A stretch of DNA of 64,000 nucleotides, taken from assembly GCF_036321535.1 (NCBI RefSeq), contig NC_087447.1, forward strand, positions 34,040,001-34,104,000. Direction: 5' to 3'. Shown here piece after piece: positions 27,750-40,808 of this stretch. Both the position numbers and the translations under genes were made by a program. The stretch comes from Camelus dromedarius (taxonomy: Eukaryota). The notes below the pieces were generated by a model that was given only the letters and a program-made list of their open reading frames with translations, was not told the origin of the DNA and did no database searches. Positions within the stretch are counted from its first letter, which is position 1; each line of letters starts with the position of its first letter.

Positions 27750-27888
27750 CTGCACATCCAAGTTCTTGCGTGAGGAGGCAGGTGTGTTGGCATAGGAGCT
27801 GATGGAGGAGCTGGTGTTGATGTCATCCGTGCTGAGGTTGTCTATGGTGTCGCTGATCCCACTGCTGACGGAGCTGCTGTCATCCCAG
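27750..27888 (-). CDS. NAV2: NAV2 internal exon, 139 nt: (S)WDDSSSVSSGISDTIDNLSTDDINTSSSISSYANTPASSRKNLDVQ
   Basis: Acceptor ttggcag|C, donor CAG|gtaagg, phase 2 to 0. Confidence 0.97.
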
Positions 27889-28699
27889 CTGCCAAGACAA
27901 ACACACCCTGAGCACCAAGACCTCACACTGCACCAGCTCAGGCTGAGGATACTGACAAACGCGTACCATCCCCAGAGGCTCCCGGTGTCAGCTCCCAGAC
28001 AAAGCTCTTTTGCCTCTAACATGACTCATCTTCAAGAGGGCCATCCATCCTCGCTGTTTCTGTCCAGCAGCTGGGGCAGAAGTTAATATGTCCCTTCCCC
28101 CAGAGGGTGAGTGCTTCCCTGAGCAGAGGTGGCTAAACACAGACACACTGCGTACCCCATCCTCAGCCTCATCTTGGGAACTGCAGGTGGCCACCTCCCA
28201 GGCCTGGAGGTAGGGGAGGAGCAGGGGGCTTGGAAAATAGAGCTGAAAGTGGTACAGAGAAAGAGCGAGCAGCAGCACCCTCCCTGGGGCTCGGAGGGGG
28301 AAGAAGAGCTGCTAGACAAATTCGCTGGGCCTCACTCCTGGAACAAGAAGCCAGGGAAGGAAACAGCAAAAGTCAGCAGAAATCCTTCAACTCTACTGGC
28401 AGTTCTAACTCTAATAATATCCCAGGATGCATCAAAAATAGAGTTCTTCATTGCAGAACCCTCAAATCTGTTGAGACCATCACCCCCCACCATTCAGGTC
28501 AAGTCTCCCAGCAATGATTCTTCTTTTCTCTTCTACCAACTCCTGCTTCCCAACACCACGACACTTAATCCACCACCTGGTCCTCCCTGCTCTGTTTGCA
28601 AAACTTCTCCCAAGGTGCACAGTTCTCCCCATCCCTGTGCCCCGTGGTTCCTGCTGCTTCAGCTCTGCCTCAGCCACCGCCAACAGGCTAGCTGGCCTC

Positions 28700-29130
28700 C
28701 ACGCTCCTTGTCTGCTCCCTAACCACCCATTCTCCCCACAGCAGCCAGATTGATCTTTATGAAACAGCAATCAGGTCTATTGTTCCACTGCTTAAAACCT
28801 TCCAGCGGCTTCTCGGGGACCTAAAACCCAGATTCCCTACTCTGGCGCTCAAGACCCTGTGATCCAGCCTCCCCTCTCCAGGCTCCTTCTCACATCATTC
28901 ACTGGGTCTGGGTTTTCATGTTCAAGGCTTTGCATTGGTTGTCTCTCTTCCTGGACACCTGTTCCTGTCTCCTTCTCATCTGAACTGTCACCTCCCCAGA
29001 AAGGCCTTCCCTGGTCCCTCTACGACAGTGCTGTCCTCTCCTCCTCCATGAAGTCTGTTGCATTTTCTCATTTGTTTGGTTGCTGTGTGGCAGATACATA
29101 GCAGGTACTCAATAAATACTTGCTGACTAA
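28700..29130 (+). mobile_element. LINE-2 3' fragment
   Basis: cagcagccaga..tgatcttt..ctgcttaaaaccttccagcggct...aggccttccctg...gcaggtactcaataaatacttgctga. Confidence 0.7.
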
Positions 29131-29224
29131 AACATGGGTGTAGGAGTCGGGTAGGCTAGAAAGTGAGCTTCCGACGTCCGTGTGACACTGTCCTACTTGA
29201 ACGAGTGGGAAAAGGTAAGTCTTA

Positions 29225-29350
29225 CTGTTTTTCTATTGCACAGGTGGAGAAACCGAGGCTTAGAAAGGTAAGACGCCTGGTATAAGGTCAGAGAGCTAGT
29301 AAGAGGTGGAGCCGGACCTGGACCCAGCCATCCAGACTCCAGAGCCACCA
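29225..29350 (-). mobile_element. MIR SINE
   Basis: caggtggagaaaccgaggcttagaaaggtaag...aaggtcagagagctagtaagaggtggagccgg. Confidence 0.7.
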
Positions 29351-29594
29351 TCTTTGCTGTGATGCCAGATGGCTCTCCATTACGTCAATTTTCAGTGCAC
29401 ATAGGCACATGACACAGCCCGCTTCCCCAGGAGGAAGCCCAGGTTCGGGGGGCTGGTATGTCACTCAGCAAGAGCGGCAGGGCCAGTATCTACACCCAGG
29501 GCTGTGTGATGACGAAGCGTCGACTTAACCACATTACCCCACCACTCAGCCCTCTACCGTATGCCTTGCCTGATGCCCCAGAAATGCTAGTGTC

Positions 29595-29768
29595 AGAACT
29601 ACCATATGACCCAGCAATTCCACTCCTGGGTGCATATGTGAAGAAACAAAACCACTAATTCAAAAAGATACATGCATCCCAATGGTCACAGCAGCATTAT
29701 TTATACCTGTCAAAATATGGAAGCAACCTAAATGTCCATCCACAGATGAATGGATAAAGAAAATGTAG

Positions 29769-29813
<45 letters not shown>

Positions 29814-30295
29814 GTGTGTATAATATATATACACACTGGAATACTACTTAGCCAAAAAGGAATGACATTTTGCCATGTACAACCACACAGGTGGACTTGG
29901 AGGGTATTATGCTAAGTGGAATAAGTCAGACAGAGAAAGACAAATACTATATGATATCACTTACATGTGGAATCTAAAAAATAAAACAAACTAGAGAATA
30001 TAGCAAAACAGAAACAGACTCACAGATACAGGGAACAAACTAGTGGTCACCAGTAGGGAGAGGGAAGAGGGGAGGGGCAATATAGGGGTAGGGGATTAAG
30101 AGATACAAACTACTATGTATAAAATAGATTAGCTACAAGGATATATTGTACAGCATAGAGAAAATAGCCAATATTTTATAATAACAATAAATGCTGTATA
30201 ACCATTAAAAACTGTGGATCACTATGTTGTGTACCTGAAACTTACATAATACTGTACATAAACTATACCACAATAAAAGAAACAAACAAACAGAA
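29595..30295 (+). mobile_element. 5'-truncated LINE-1 (ORF2 end plus 3'UTR) with internal (TA)n
   Basis: AGAACTACCATATGACCCAGCAATTCCACTCCTGGG, AAGCAACCTAAATGTCCATC, A-rich tail. Degenerate TSD agaaatgctagtgtc / agaaatgtcagtctc. Confidence 0.92.
29772..29811. repeat. (TA)n microsatellite
   Basis: About 20 perfect AT units inside the L1 fragment. Confidence 0.95.
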
Positions 30296-33200
30296 AGAAA
30301 TGTCAGTCTCTGAGATTTAGAAAGCCAGGAGCACCCCAGGCTCCCCCAGGTAATCAAAAGGAAGTTCTAGTTTGTTCCACCAGCTTGTAGGATGCCTGCC
30401 TGAGCTCTGCTGATTAGGCGGAAAGAGGAGACCTAGTGGAAATCTGTTTCAACACCTTGCCCTCAAGCCCACCAATTTGGCTTCCAGAGCCCACCTGGAG
30501 AGTCTGGGGCTCACACACATGCAGGGGAAATGGGTAAGGGTGGTTTCTCAAGTACGGAGGATAAAGGCAGGAAGTGTAAGGGGCTTAGTGAGGATGAAGT
30601 CACGGGGCCCAGAGGGTCCCAGGGCTCTGGGTCTGAGCCCACTTCCCTTTTGTGACTCCACTGCTCTGGCCCAGGCCCCATCCTGCTCCAAATCCTCCTT
30701 AAAGCCTTCTCCAAATATTCCGGCCCATCCTCACCATCCCCTACTCTGAGTTTCTGCACAGTTTTACACGCTTGGGCTCCTTCTAAACACTAAGGCAGTT
30801 TTCTAGTTGTTTCCTATATGAAGGTCTGCCCCACTTTCCAAATACACGCAGGCCTTGCTGATGGTAACAAGTGCATCCCACGTGCCAGGGACCTCCGGTA
30901 TACCATATATTTCTCTACATTTTTCACATCACACCTGCAAGGGACCTATTATCCTTCCCAAGTGACAGACGATGAGATCAAGGCTGAAAGAACAAGCATC
31001 CTGGCCAGTGTCCTTCAGTCCACATTGAAACTGGGTTTAAGTGCAGAATTGTCTAATTTCAGAACACGCACTCCCTCTGGCCTGAATCACGTGGTCTCTC
31101 ATGACAACAGCTGGCCGTGCACTGAGCACTCGCCAAGTGCCAACTATTCAGCGTTTGCACGTGTTCTCAACAACGCTCCTGCTGTCTCACAGGTGACCTT
31201 GCTTCATAATGAGGAACCCGAGGCTGGGAGGACCGTGGGCTCGCTACAAACACACGAAAGACCTGGCAGTGAAACACTACTGGACCCTGAAGTTCACCTC
31301 TCTCCGCCACCACCTCCAGGGCGGTGCTGCAGTGATGCTGGCCTCACACCTACTCCATCTCCCATCTCCAGGCACCCGATATGTTTATTAAATGCTTCTT
31401 GACTGAACTCACGTGCAGGAGAGACGGGGCAAGTTTTGAAGCAAACGTACCACCAGCAGGGGATTCTGAGCCCAGCCCCCTCCCGTGTCATCCTCTGACA
31501 AGTCACAACTCTGTGCCTCAGTTTCCTATGGTTGACATGTGGATGACACCACCTAGGCTGGCAACTATGTAAGTCTCTGCCAGGAAAGGCATGAGCGAAC
31601 AGATGAAAAAGGACTCAAATCTACTCTTGTGGTTAAAAAGGAAATCCCATGAGTCTTTCATTGCATCTGCTCTCTGGAGTTAGCCATTTAATGTATCTAC
31701 AATTTCCTATAATCCGACGAAGAAAGGGAGAGGAGAGGAGCATGGCTGGAAGGGAGGAAAGGAAGTTAGTAACAGATGCCCATGAATCCAACCCTCAGAT
31801 TGCTTTTGCTTTGAAATTGTATCCGCTCTTCCTCTGTGGCCTTTCAACATGGAGATACTGTTCCAGGAGGCATGTGACACTTATCACACACACGATTCCT
31901 CCCACATTGGTGCCCAGAGCATCACGGGGCTGCCCTGTGTTTACAGGAAGTCGGTGTAACCGAGCCCGCCCAGGAGAATCAGTGATCCCCCCAACAGAAG
32001 AATGGGAGTGGGGAAACTAAGAGGATAAGGGGGCAGTGACACAAGGGAAGTCCACGCTGAGCAAGAGTGCCTTGGTGTCCTCCAGAGCTGTCTGTGTGCC
32101 AGAAACCACAGCTGTTCTTGCCCCTGGAAAACCAGCCACATCTCCCTCGCTTCTGCGTCTTTTGGAACACTGGCAAGTCTACCTAATTATAAAATCACTT
32201 AGTCCCAACTGGTCCTTTTCCTAAAATTCAGGGTATTGTAAATGGCCGTGTGCCACCAAGATCAAGGGCAGTGAGTTCCACGATGTATCCTCAGGAAAAT
32301 TATTTCCATGAGATGATCTGTAGTAACAACGTGCTTCCAACAAGAGGACGCGGGGTGTGCTGCCTCTTCTATCCCCCTCTCCAAGACACGAACTCTTAAC
32401 AGTTGTGAAGGGCTGGCATGATCTTTTTAACTTTGCCTGAAATAGCACTCCCCACACAGGAGACGCACAACTCTGGAAGAAACACAACGGAAGCCTAGGG
32501 CTACCAGTGCCCACTTCCTCCTCACCTGCCTTGGAAGGTAGTCAGCACAGAGGGAAGCAGGGGCAGGATAAAGGACATGACATGAGCCTCCCCGATCCAG
32601 CCAGAGCTAAAGGCAGAAGCCACCTCTGGGAGATGGAAGAGTGAGAACTAATAAATTCCTTTCTTTTGTTCAAATCAAGCTCGCTTAGCTTTTTGTCACT
32701 TGGTATACTCATGCTAACTAACAGGGAATTGCCATTTGTCTGTAAAACGACTCCAGACATGTGGCTGAGAGTCAGATGGGAAAAATGTGGAAAGCATGCA
32801 GAATTCATTCAGGCAGTAAGAACATTAGTTGAATCCAATCAAGTGGCAAAGGAAATTAGGTACAATCTGGGGTACAAAAGTCCATTGACCCAAGACGGGT
32901 GATAAATGTTGAAAGAGGTTACAAAACTTGATTATGACTAAAACTTGAAAGAAACCCAGAGGATTTGTGTTTGCAGTGCAGTGAAACAAAATTCCAGCTA
33001 AGAGGCTGGAGGGACCCTGATGACACGGCAGAAAGAACTCCGGCGTGCATAGCCCTGGCTCCGGGACAACCATTCTGGAGTATGATTTGACCATTCGTGC
33101 ATTCTGCTCTTGAATCTGATTGAGAAAAACCATGAGATGGTTCCGAGCCCACCTCCTCCCCTTAGTGGGAAGTAAGTGACTTTAAATCCTGGGATAGGTT

Positions 33201-33788
33201 GTAAAAGATGAAGGGAGATACTGAAATAAATCATAATATTAATACTTAAGCTTGGGGTGAAAGTTTTGTGATCATTGGGGTAATTTCTATACAGTTACAA
33301 TATTTTAAAAATATATGGCATATTAGAGTATCTAAAAAAAGTCTACTGATACGAATTTAAATAAGTACTGGTTTCTGATTTGAGATTTTTTTCAGATTAA
33401 AGATTTAAGAAATGGATTCAGACCATAAAAAGTAGTAGTTTAAGACAAACTGAAGTTACAAATGTCATAAAGTATTTGATTTGCAAGAGTTGTTTAAGTG
33501 CTTAGAAAGATCTTGCTTGTTAGACTACTAAAGTCTACCATATCAAACATTCAAAGAACTTGAGGAAATCAGGTATGTTAAGTTTATGAATGCAGTCTAA
33601 AATATTTAAAGAAATTTAATTATCCAACTTTGCAAACAGTACTACTTATTTAATTAAATTCAATTTAAGTCTGAATTAATAAGGTACTAATCAAATAACA
33701 AGTGGAGACGTTCTTAATTTATATAATAATACTGGATTTGTAGAATGAGATTTGTAAGAAAACACAGGTTTAAAAACTAAAGCCTCGT

Positions 33789-33906
33789 GGGGAGGGTATA
33801 GCTCAGTGGTAGAGTGCATGCTTAACGTGCATGAGGTCCTAGGTTCAATCCCCAGTACCTCCTCTAAAAAATAAGTAAATAAATAAACCTAATTACCTCC
33901 GTCCCG
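33789..33906 (+). mobile_element. tRNA-Ala-derived SINE (camelid Vic-1-like), full length
   Basis: A box (TAGCTCAGTGG), B box (GGTTCAATCCC), A-rich tail plus CCTAATTACCTCC. 15-bp TSD aaaaa(c/t)taaagcctc at 33772-33786 and 33907-33921. Confidence 0.88.
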
Positions 33907-36215
33907 AAAAATTAAAGCCTCAATAAACTGAATAGGAAAGCTTAACTCTTCTAAGACATTCTTTTGGGGCACAATATTTAGAAAACTATTACAGCAGATT
34001 TCATTTTGTGAATGAATGACTTTTAGATAAACCACTAGAATAAATGAACCTAAGACAGCATCTCTTCTCTTCACCAGTTTTCCCCGCCCCGCTTCACCTT
34101 CACTCTACATTGTAAGACTGCCAAAACGACTCCAAGCCGCTCCAAAAATCTTAGTGGAAGCAGCATCGTGTTCCGCAGCCTTGGGAAACAAGAAGAACTC
34201 AGGGGGCCTCCTCCTGTCCTGGGTTCTATAATAGGAAACTAAAAGGGTTGTGGGGCCCAGAGCTTGGCTGGTTTCTGTCTTTTTTTTCTTTTTAAATTTC
34301 AAAACAGCTTACGATGCTTATGCCCTATAAATTCTGTGGCTGGGACATATAGAAAAATGGCAAGAAGACGCTTCCATTGACTCTTCAGAACCATGAAGAC
34401 AAAAGCATTTCCCACCCAGATCACAGCCATGTCCCTTTTTCTCTACGCAATGAAATGTCCCTATCTGGTGGAGTTACAGGTGATCAGGTCTGCAAACAGC
34501 CTTCACCTATTTTTGCCAATGGATGGGTGGAAAAAATTCCATCAGACATTTCCTATGTTTCCTCAAGACTCCCAAGCCAGGGGCTCTGAATTCATTTTGT
34601 TCATCTCACCCAGTCAGCCAGCACCCCCTGTGTGCCAGGTACCACGCGAGGTACCAGGGATGCAGTGATGCCTCAGCTGTCCCCACCCCTGTCTGCAAAG
34701 CCGGTAGACGTGACAGACAAGAACACATAGCTCAGGCACAGATGAAAATGTAAAACAGCGAGATGAGCAAAGGACAGCACGCAGAAACCGCACTGGCTCC
34801 AGACATCTCTACAGCCTTCGCTAGCTCCTCAAGCCACCAGCCGAGTGCCAGCACAAGGCACGGGGGGACAGCGTGCCAAAGCCCAGGCCCGTTAGTGCTC
34901 TTTCCTGGGCTGCTCTCTCCTTCCGGGCATGGAAGTGGTAAAGGCAAGGAGCCAGGAGGGCCAGGCCTGGCCCCAGCCACCCCCAGAACTGCTTCCTATC
35001 GGAGTTCCGACATGTCACTTCCTCTCTAGGCCCCAGCCTCCCGTACGAGGGAGATGGATGCAGCCATTCTAAAAGCTGCTTTCTAACTAACATCCTGCGA
35101 GTTTAAGCTCAGAGTAAAGTCGGTAGAGGCAAAGGGGCAAACCAAAGGTCCCCGCTGGCCAGAGCATCGCTTCCACCCAGTAAAAGCTGCTGAAGGGGTT
35201 ACTGCACTTCCCAGTCTCTGGGCTTCTTTGTTGCCGATTTCACCCCTTAGCTGATTGTTTAGACCCACACAGGGTCTTTTAACCATCTGGAACAGGTGCC
35301 AACATCTCACACATAGGAGACAATTAGCTAGCCCTGAGGAGTAACTGCCCTCTCTAGACAGAGCTGTGCTTTCCCATTACACACAGCCCCCATCTGGGCC
35401 TTTCCACTCACTCATACATGCTACCTGACCAGGCCCGCAATTTGAGTTTGCAACCTTCCTACAGAGACATTACAACCCAATTCACAACAGAGATTCCGCG
35501 TTAGACCATGCCATTCCTCCACAAGGGAGTAAGATGAGCCCTTACCTAGCATTTAAGGCCATCACTGATGACGCTTACCAAGCGCCAGGCGCTGCACTAG
35601 GCATGGTACAGGTGTTACTCCACCTCCCGTTTTCCACTGGATGAGGGCCCAGAGCCCATCGGGATAGGATTCAACCAGGGTCTAATGACTCCATGCAGCC
35701 TCCCAGCTCATCAGAGAGAGTACCTATAGGTCAGCTTCCGTATCTCTGCCTGCCACCCAGGCTCATCTCAAAAGAACTTCCACTGGCTGGCAGCAACCAA
35801 GTATGGTAACAATGAGATCGCATCTTGGCCAAGACAGAGCATTTAAATCAGAGTCAAGGCTCTCCAAAGTGAGCAGAAAATCCATTCAAAAAGGGAATGG
35901 CCCATAAAACAAGGAGATCCAGTTTCAGAGTCTTACAAGAGATGCTGACATCACTGTGTGAGGAATTCAAATGCCACTCAGAGGGCTTACAGCACAATTT
36001 TCACAGCCCAAACACAAGCTATCTGCTATGAAAAACGCAGGTGAAAGAATCATAAATTATTCCAGCTTCTCACACTCCCTGTTTCCCTCACTGCTGTAGG
36101 GAGTTAGCATTCCACAGAACCAAGGAGGGAAACCTGCTTTCACCAGGTTCCCTGAGAAATCACCTCCAATTTGGACAAATTTTTACTATCGAGCCCTTAT
36201 GGGGAGTGCCTAGAT

Positions 36216-36335
36216 ACAGCAGGAATTTGTAGTGGTTCTAAATGAATGTGATATTATATCCGCAACTTCATCTTAACAGCAAGAATCTGTAATGGTTCTG
36301 AATGAATGCGATATTACATTTACAATGTTGTCTTC
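36216..36335. repeat. Degenerate 2 x 60-bp tandem duplication
   Basis: Copies 36216-36275 and 36276-36335 align without gaps, 46/60 identical by my count. Confidence 0.85.
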
Positions 36336-38679
36336 CACGAAGCAAAAAGAAAAACCAAATCCCAAGGTCAGAGGGATGATTAAACAGATTTTTCCACTAG
36401 GATTTACACGCCCAGACAAGATGAATCCCGGCTTTCAGCAAAAGACTGACTCTGAGAAGAGGTGTTCCTGAAGGATCTGGAGCGGTCATTACACTTTGCA
36501 AATGGACTCCCTGTGAGATAATGTTGTTTATGCAAGGGAAAGACAGGCTTAGATGATGTTGTAAAAAAATCAGATTGCAGATAAGTATTTATCCTCTGCT
36601 CACTAATAAATCACAGCAGGTTAGCAGAGATGAAGTACTGTACCATGGTTCTCATAAGCAGCCTTCACAATGGTTCCTAATCCTCCCCACGGCCCCCCCA
36701 CCCCAACCACAAAGATTGGGTGTACTTCCAGAAGGCCCCGACCGCCCTCAGAAGTAGTCAGGCCTGGTCCCTGCCTCCCTCTCTACCTCTCTCCTGCTGA
36801 CTAAACTCAGGGTGCAGGGCCCCCAGGGTCTGTGTCCTGGCCTTACCTGCTCACTTTTCCAGTTCTGCTCCACAGTCACAGCGGGGCCCAGATCCAGGGC
36901 CCTGTGCCCCCTGCCAGACAGCTGCATTCGCTTGCAAAAGCCCAGACTGGTGGAACTCGTTCTCTGGCTATTGTTCAAGGCAATTGTTCCTGTGAAACCC
37001 CAGGGCCCCGGAGCGGAATGAGATCTTTTGGTGTGGATGAGTGAGCAAGCCCAACCAGGGCTCAGCAGTCACCCCTGGGGAAGGGAAAGGGTTTGGCCAC
37101 CTCCATTTCCCACCAGACAGGTATGTTAACTATTTCCTCCCCAGGAGGTTTTCTCGGGAGCATCACCTCCTCTAAACACCATGGGGGCCTATTAAGAAAA
37201 TCCACTTTCAAAGAGTGCAACAGACGTCCTGCAGAGTCCCACCTTTCCTTGCCTATCTGAGAATGATAATAAAAGCCAGCTTTAACTGAAGTTTAAAGCT
37301 GTGCCAGACCCTATGCTAATTATATTACTTGCATTATTTCATTGAATCCTCCCACCCTGTGGTAAACATGGTAACAACTGTTGATGGCTTACTTATATTT
37401 TCTCCTGGGTACCATGAGATAGAGACTCATTCTATACCCATTCTAGAGATGAGACAACTGAGGCTTGGAAAGAAAGGCCCAAAGGCCATACCAACTAGGG
37501 AACGCTGAAGCTGAGGGTCAGACACAAATCCAAGAGTATTCAACCACCTCACTGATTTATTTATTTGACACATTTTAATGAACATCTATTATGTGTATCA
37601 GAAGGACTTAAAAGTTTTCCACATTAAAGAAAGACAATTAATTTTAAAAAGCTATAAGCAAGCAAGCAAACCACCCCTCTGGGTCCCACTTCTGGGATCA
37701 CTCTACGTGGTTTGCTGTTTCGGTGCAAAATGATCCAGAACCTGAGCTTGAATCAAAGCCAGGGCAGAGTCAGATACCAATCCCAGCGAATTTAGTCTCA
37801 TCTAGCAGCGGTACCATAAACCCTGGAGGCTCTGAATGGACGCAGCACAAGCTCTGGAGAAAAAAGTAAAATAGATCTAGGTTTGAACCCTGGCTCTGCT
37901 GTTTACTTTGTAAGACTGCCTTCACCTCCAGGAGACCCAGGTTTCCTTCCGTGTGATCTGGTGCTAGTAACACCCAGTCCTCACCAGCCTTTTCTGGGGA
38001 CCAAATCAGATCCAGGCACAGAGGAGATAACTAGCTCCTCTCAGATGCAGTCCGGGATCCAGAGACTTTGCAAGGACCGCAGGAAGGAGGTGCAGGCCTA
38101 CAATATGAAAGAGACGATAAGGTTCTAGCGCAAGAACTTGCTGCTTCTTGCTGCCACAAATGAGCAATGTCCCAGGGGAGAGGCAGCTTCTACAGACAGA
38201 CGGTGCCAGGTGCAAGGCCAATCGCTAGAGGTGGAGAGAGGGAAACAGGAACCCCATAAAGAAGGCTCCAAGGGGATTTAGTAGCACTCAGAATGCCCAG
38301 CGTTGAGTTTCACCCCATGGCACCTTTGTCCCATTTTGGTAACTCATTCCTTCAACAAGTAGGTGGTCCCCTGAGTAAGCGTGAAATTCCTCCTTTGGCT
38401 CCAAGGGCTGGTTGGGCTAGAAACACCAGAGCTCCAGTCCGGATGCCTTATACCCTCATTGTTACAACAGGCACCAGCGTGTCTGCTGGCCTCAGCTACA
38501 CAAAGGCCCCTCTCCTCCAAGGCCCCACTAGAGAAGGCTGCTGGCACTTGGTCCACTGCCGGCTGGCTTCTGCCGCACATCTCAACAAACTCATCCTGCT
38601 GTTCTGTTTACCCGAAGATGTGAGTGCCTTAAACACGCACAGGACTCAGCGTACGACACACCGTGAATGAAAACGATAG

Positions 38680-38930
38680 CCAGCACTTACTCTCGCAAGC
38701 TGAAAAGCTTTCACAGTGGGCCCCAGGCACTGCACTAACGCACTTTACATGCATTATCCCACACACGCCTCTTTATTACCCCATAAGGCACAAACTATTA
38801 ATGCTCCCTTTTTAATGGATGTGGAAACTGAGGCTTACGGGGGCTACAGTAACCTGCTCACAGTGCCAGAGCTAATACATGAAGATGGATTTGAACCTAG
38901 ATCTACCCACTTCTAAAAACCCAAGCTCTT
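38680..38930 (-). mobile_element. MIR SINE
   Basis: gatgtggaaactgaggctta...agtaacctgctcacag...ggatttgaacctagatct. Confidence 0.65.
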
Positions 38931-40808
38931 CTTAGCCACATTCATTCAACCTAAGAGCAAGAGTCAAAGATGTTTTTAAGTAGATCACAGTCATATAGGA
39001 AGTCAGAACTCCCATCTGTTATCTAAAATCTCCAGGCCACTTTTAATGCAATCAAATTATTCTTAAAATATCTCCAAGTAGTTAAAGAAGTAGGGGTCGG
39101 GGGAGCTAAATCCCAGACAGGGCATTGACTGGCTGCCCTGGATCTAGAGTAGGTGGAGGGGAGATACGGGGGTCCCCAAACCCCCACTAACACCACCCAC
39201 GTACACAAACTCACACTCACTCTCCAACATATCTTAGGAGTCTGGGAACCTGCGTGCACAAAACAGAACTGCAACTGGCCCAGAACAGCTGAGAGGGGCT
39301 GGCCTCCACTGTCTCTGCCACTTGGCAGGGACCTGCCCTTCAGCTACCCCTTCTGGGGCAATGGGAAGGGAAGGAACTCAGGTCAAGAAACAGACACTCA
39401 AAATCGGCTCTGCAACCCATGGGCAGCTCAGATCTAGCTCATTAGCCACCCCCAGGCACACCTGTGAGCGGCTAGCGCCAAGCTTGGGTCAGCATTAGCA
39501 TGCCGGGTGGACAGCAACATCTCTCTCCAGGACTCGATAAAGCCAGCTTCTCAGGAGGCAGCTCCAGAGTTCCAGTAGCCCAAGGCCAATGCCAAGGCCA
39601 CTGACCTTCCCAGATTTGACTTTCACGGGAGCTTCTGCCCCACCTGAACCAGGTACAAGCACAAATCCAGGCCAAGATCTATCCACCAGTCCAAAAGCCT
39701 CCAAAAGATTAGAGAACTCCCAGGGAGGTCCTACTGCTTCTTAATATCCCACCGTTTCCCTCCCGAAAGAAGCAAAATCTGAGAGGCCAGGCAGGCCATG
39801 CTTGGAAGTATTATGTGCACTTTGGTAAGTCCTCCACAATGAAACGTGTCCTTCATCCAGCTGCACCCACCTTTCAACTTACAAATAAAACCATCCAGAT
39901 CCATCTGCCAAGCCCAACAAGGAAGGCAGAGTGGTGCAGTGGACCTGGGTTCTGACCCCAGCTTTGCCTAGTATCTGCGTGACCCTGAGCACATTACTTA
40001 GCCTCACTTAGTTCCCACTGCCTCGCCTCAAAATTAAAAATAGCATTTCTGGCTTTGCCAGAAAAATTAAACGAGACAATATCTGTTAGATGCTTGGCAA
40101 GTTGTAGGTGTAATGAACATTGTTTTCTCTTTCCCTTGTCTGGCTTAAAAATAGAAACGCTCCTCTTTGGGCAGCTTTCTAGCAGCCCTAACAAACAAGG
40201 AAAATACTCACACTTAAGTCTGTTGCCCTCTCTCCTGGAGCCTAGTTTCCAGAAAAAAAAACCCACCCAGTAATTTGCAGTATTAGTAAACACAACCACA
40301 AGTTCACTCAGCTTCTTAGATTCCAAACCAAACCTCCAACTGCAAGTCATTTTAATCAGGGCCCTCTGACCCACCAGCAGCCCTTCCTGGGGCCCACACT
40401 GCCTCTCTCTAGCTCTCCCTCCCCTCCAGGCTCAAAGGTCTCTCCCAAAAAGCCTGGAATAAGTACCTAAGATAGCTGGTGATCAACACCCTGTTTTTTG
40501 GTCTCAGCAGCCTAATTTGATAAGGCAGTCTGGAAAATACTGAAATTACCCAAGTGTCCAGGTGGACCAAGGACATTTGAGTAACGCTCCGGCTCCCTCT
40601 AAGACTATCAAGGTTAAAATTAAAGGGGAAGGGAGTGGGAGGGAAAAGGGTGCTGAATTTCCCGACCAGTGACTCCCCCACCACTTAGCCCACGGGGATT
40701 TTGGCAACTGCACCACTGGCTGCACCTCTGGGCTTTCCAATACCATCCAAGGCACTACAGGCGCCACACCCCGCCCCAGGCCCTGGAAATTTTAGGATAT
40801 CGTCCTAC

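Noticed and set aside
28129..28722. 197-aa plus-strand ORF
   Set aside because: No recognisable domain or exon structure; it runs into L2-derived sequence and is antisense in an intron.
30818..31402. 194-aa plus-strand ORF
   Set aside because: It crosses MIR-like fragments and resembles no protein family I know; likely a chance ORF.
33230..33780. AT-rich block as foreign DNA or a NUMT
   Set aside because: No recognisable mitochondrial or viral gene. It is more likely an old transposon remnant that I cannot classify by eye.
33789..33862. Functional tRNA-Ala gene
   Set aside because: It has a SINE tail, an A-rich tract and a TSD, and diverged copies occur elsewhere in the window, so it is a tRNA-derived SINE.
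36216..36335. CRISPR-like repeat array
   Set aside because: Only two degenerate tandem units, no unique spacers and no cas genes, in a mammalian intron.
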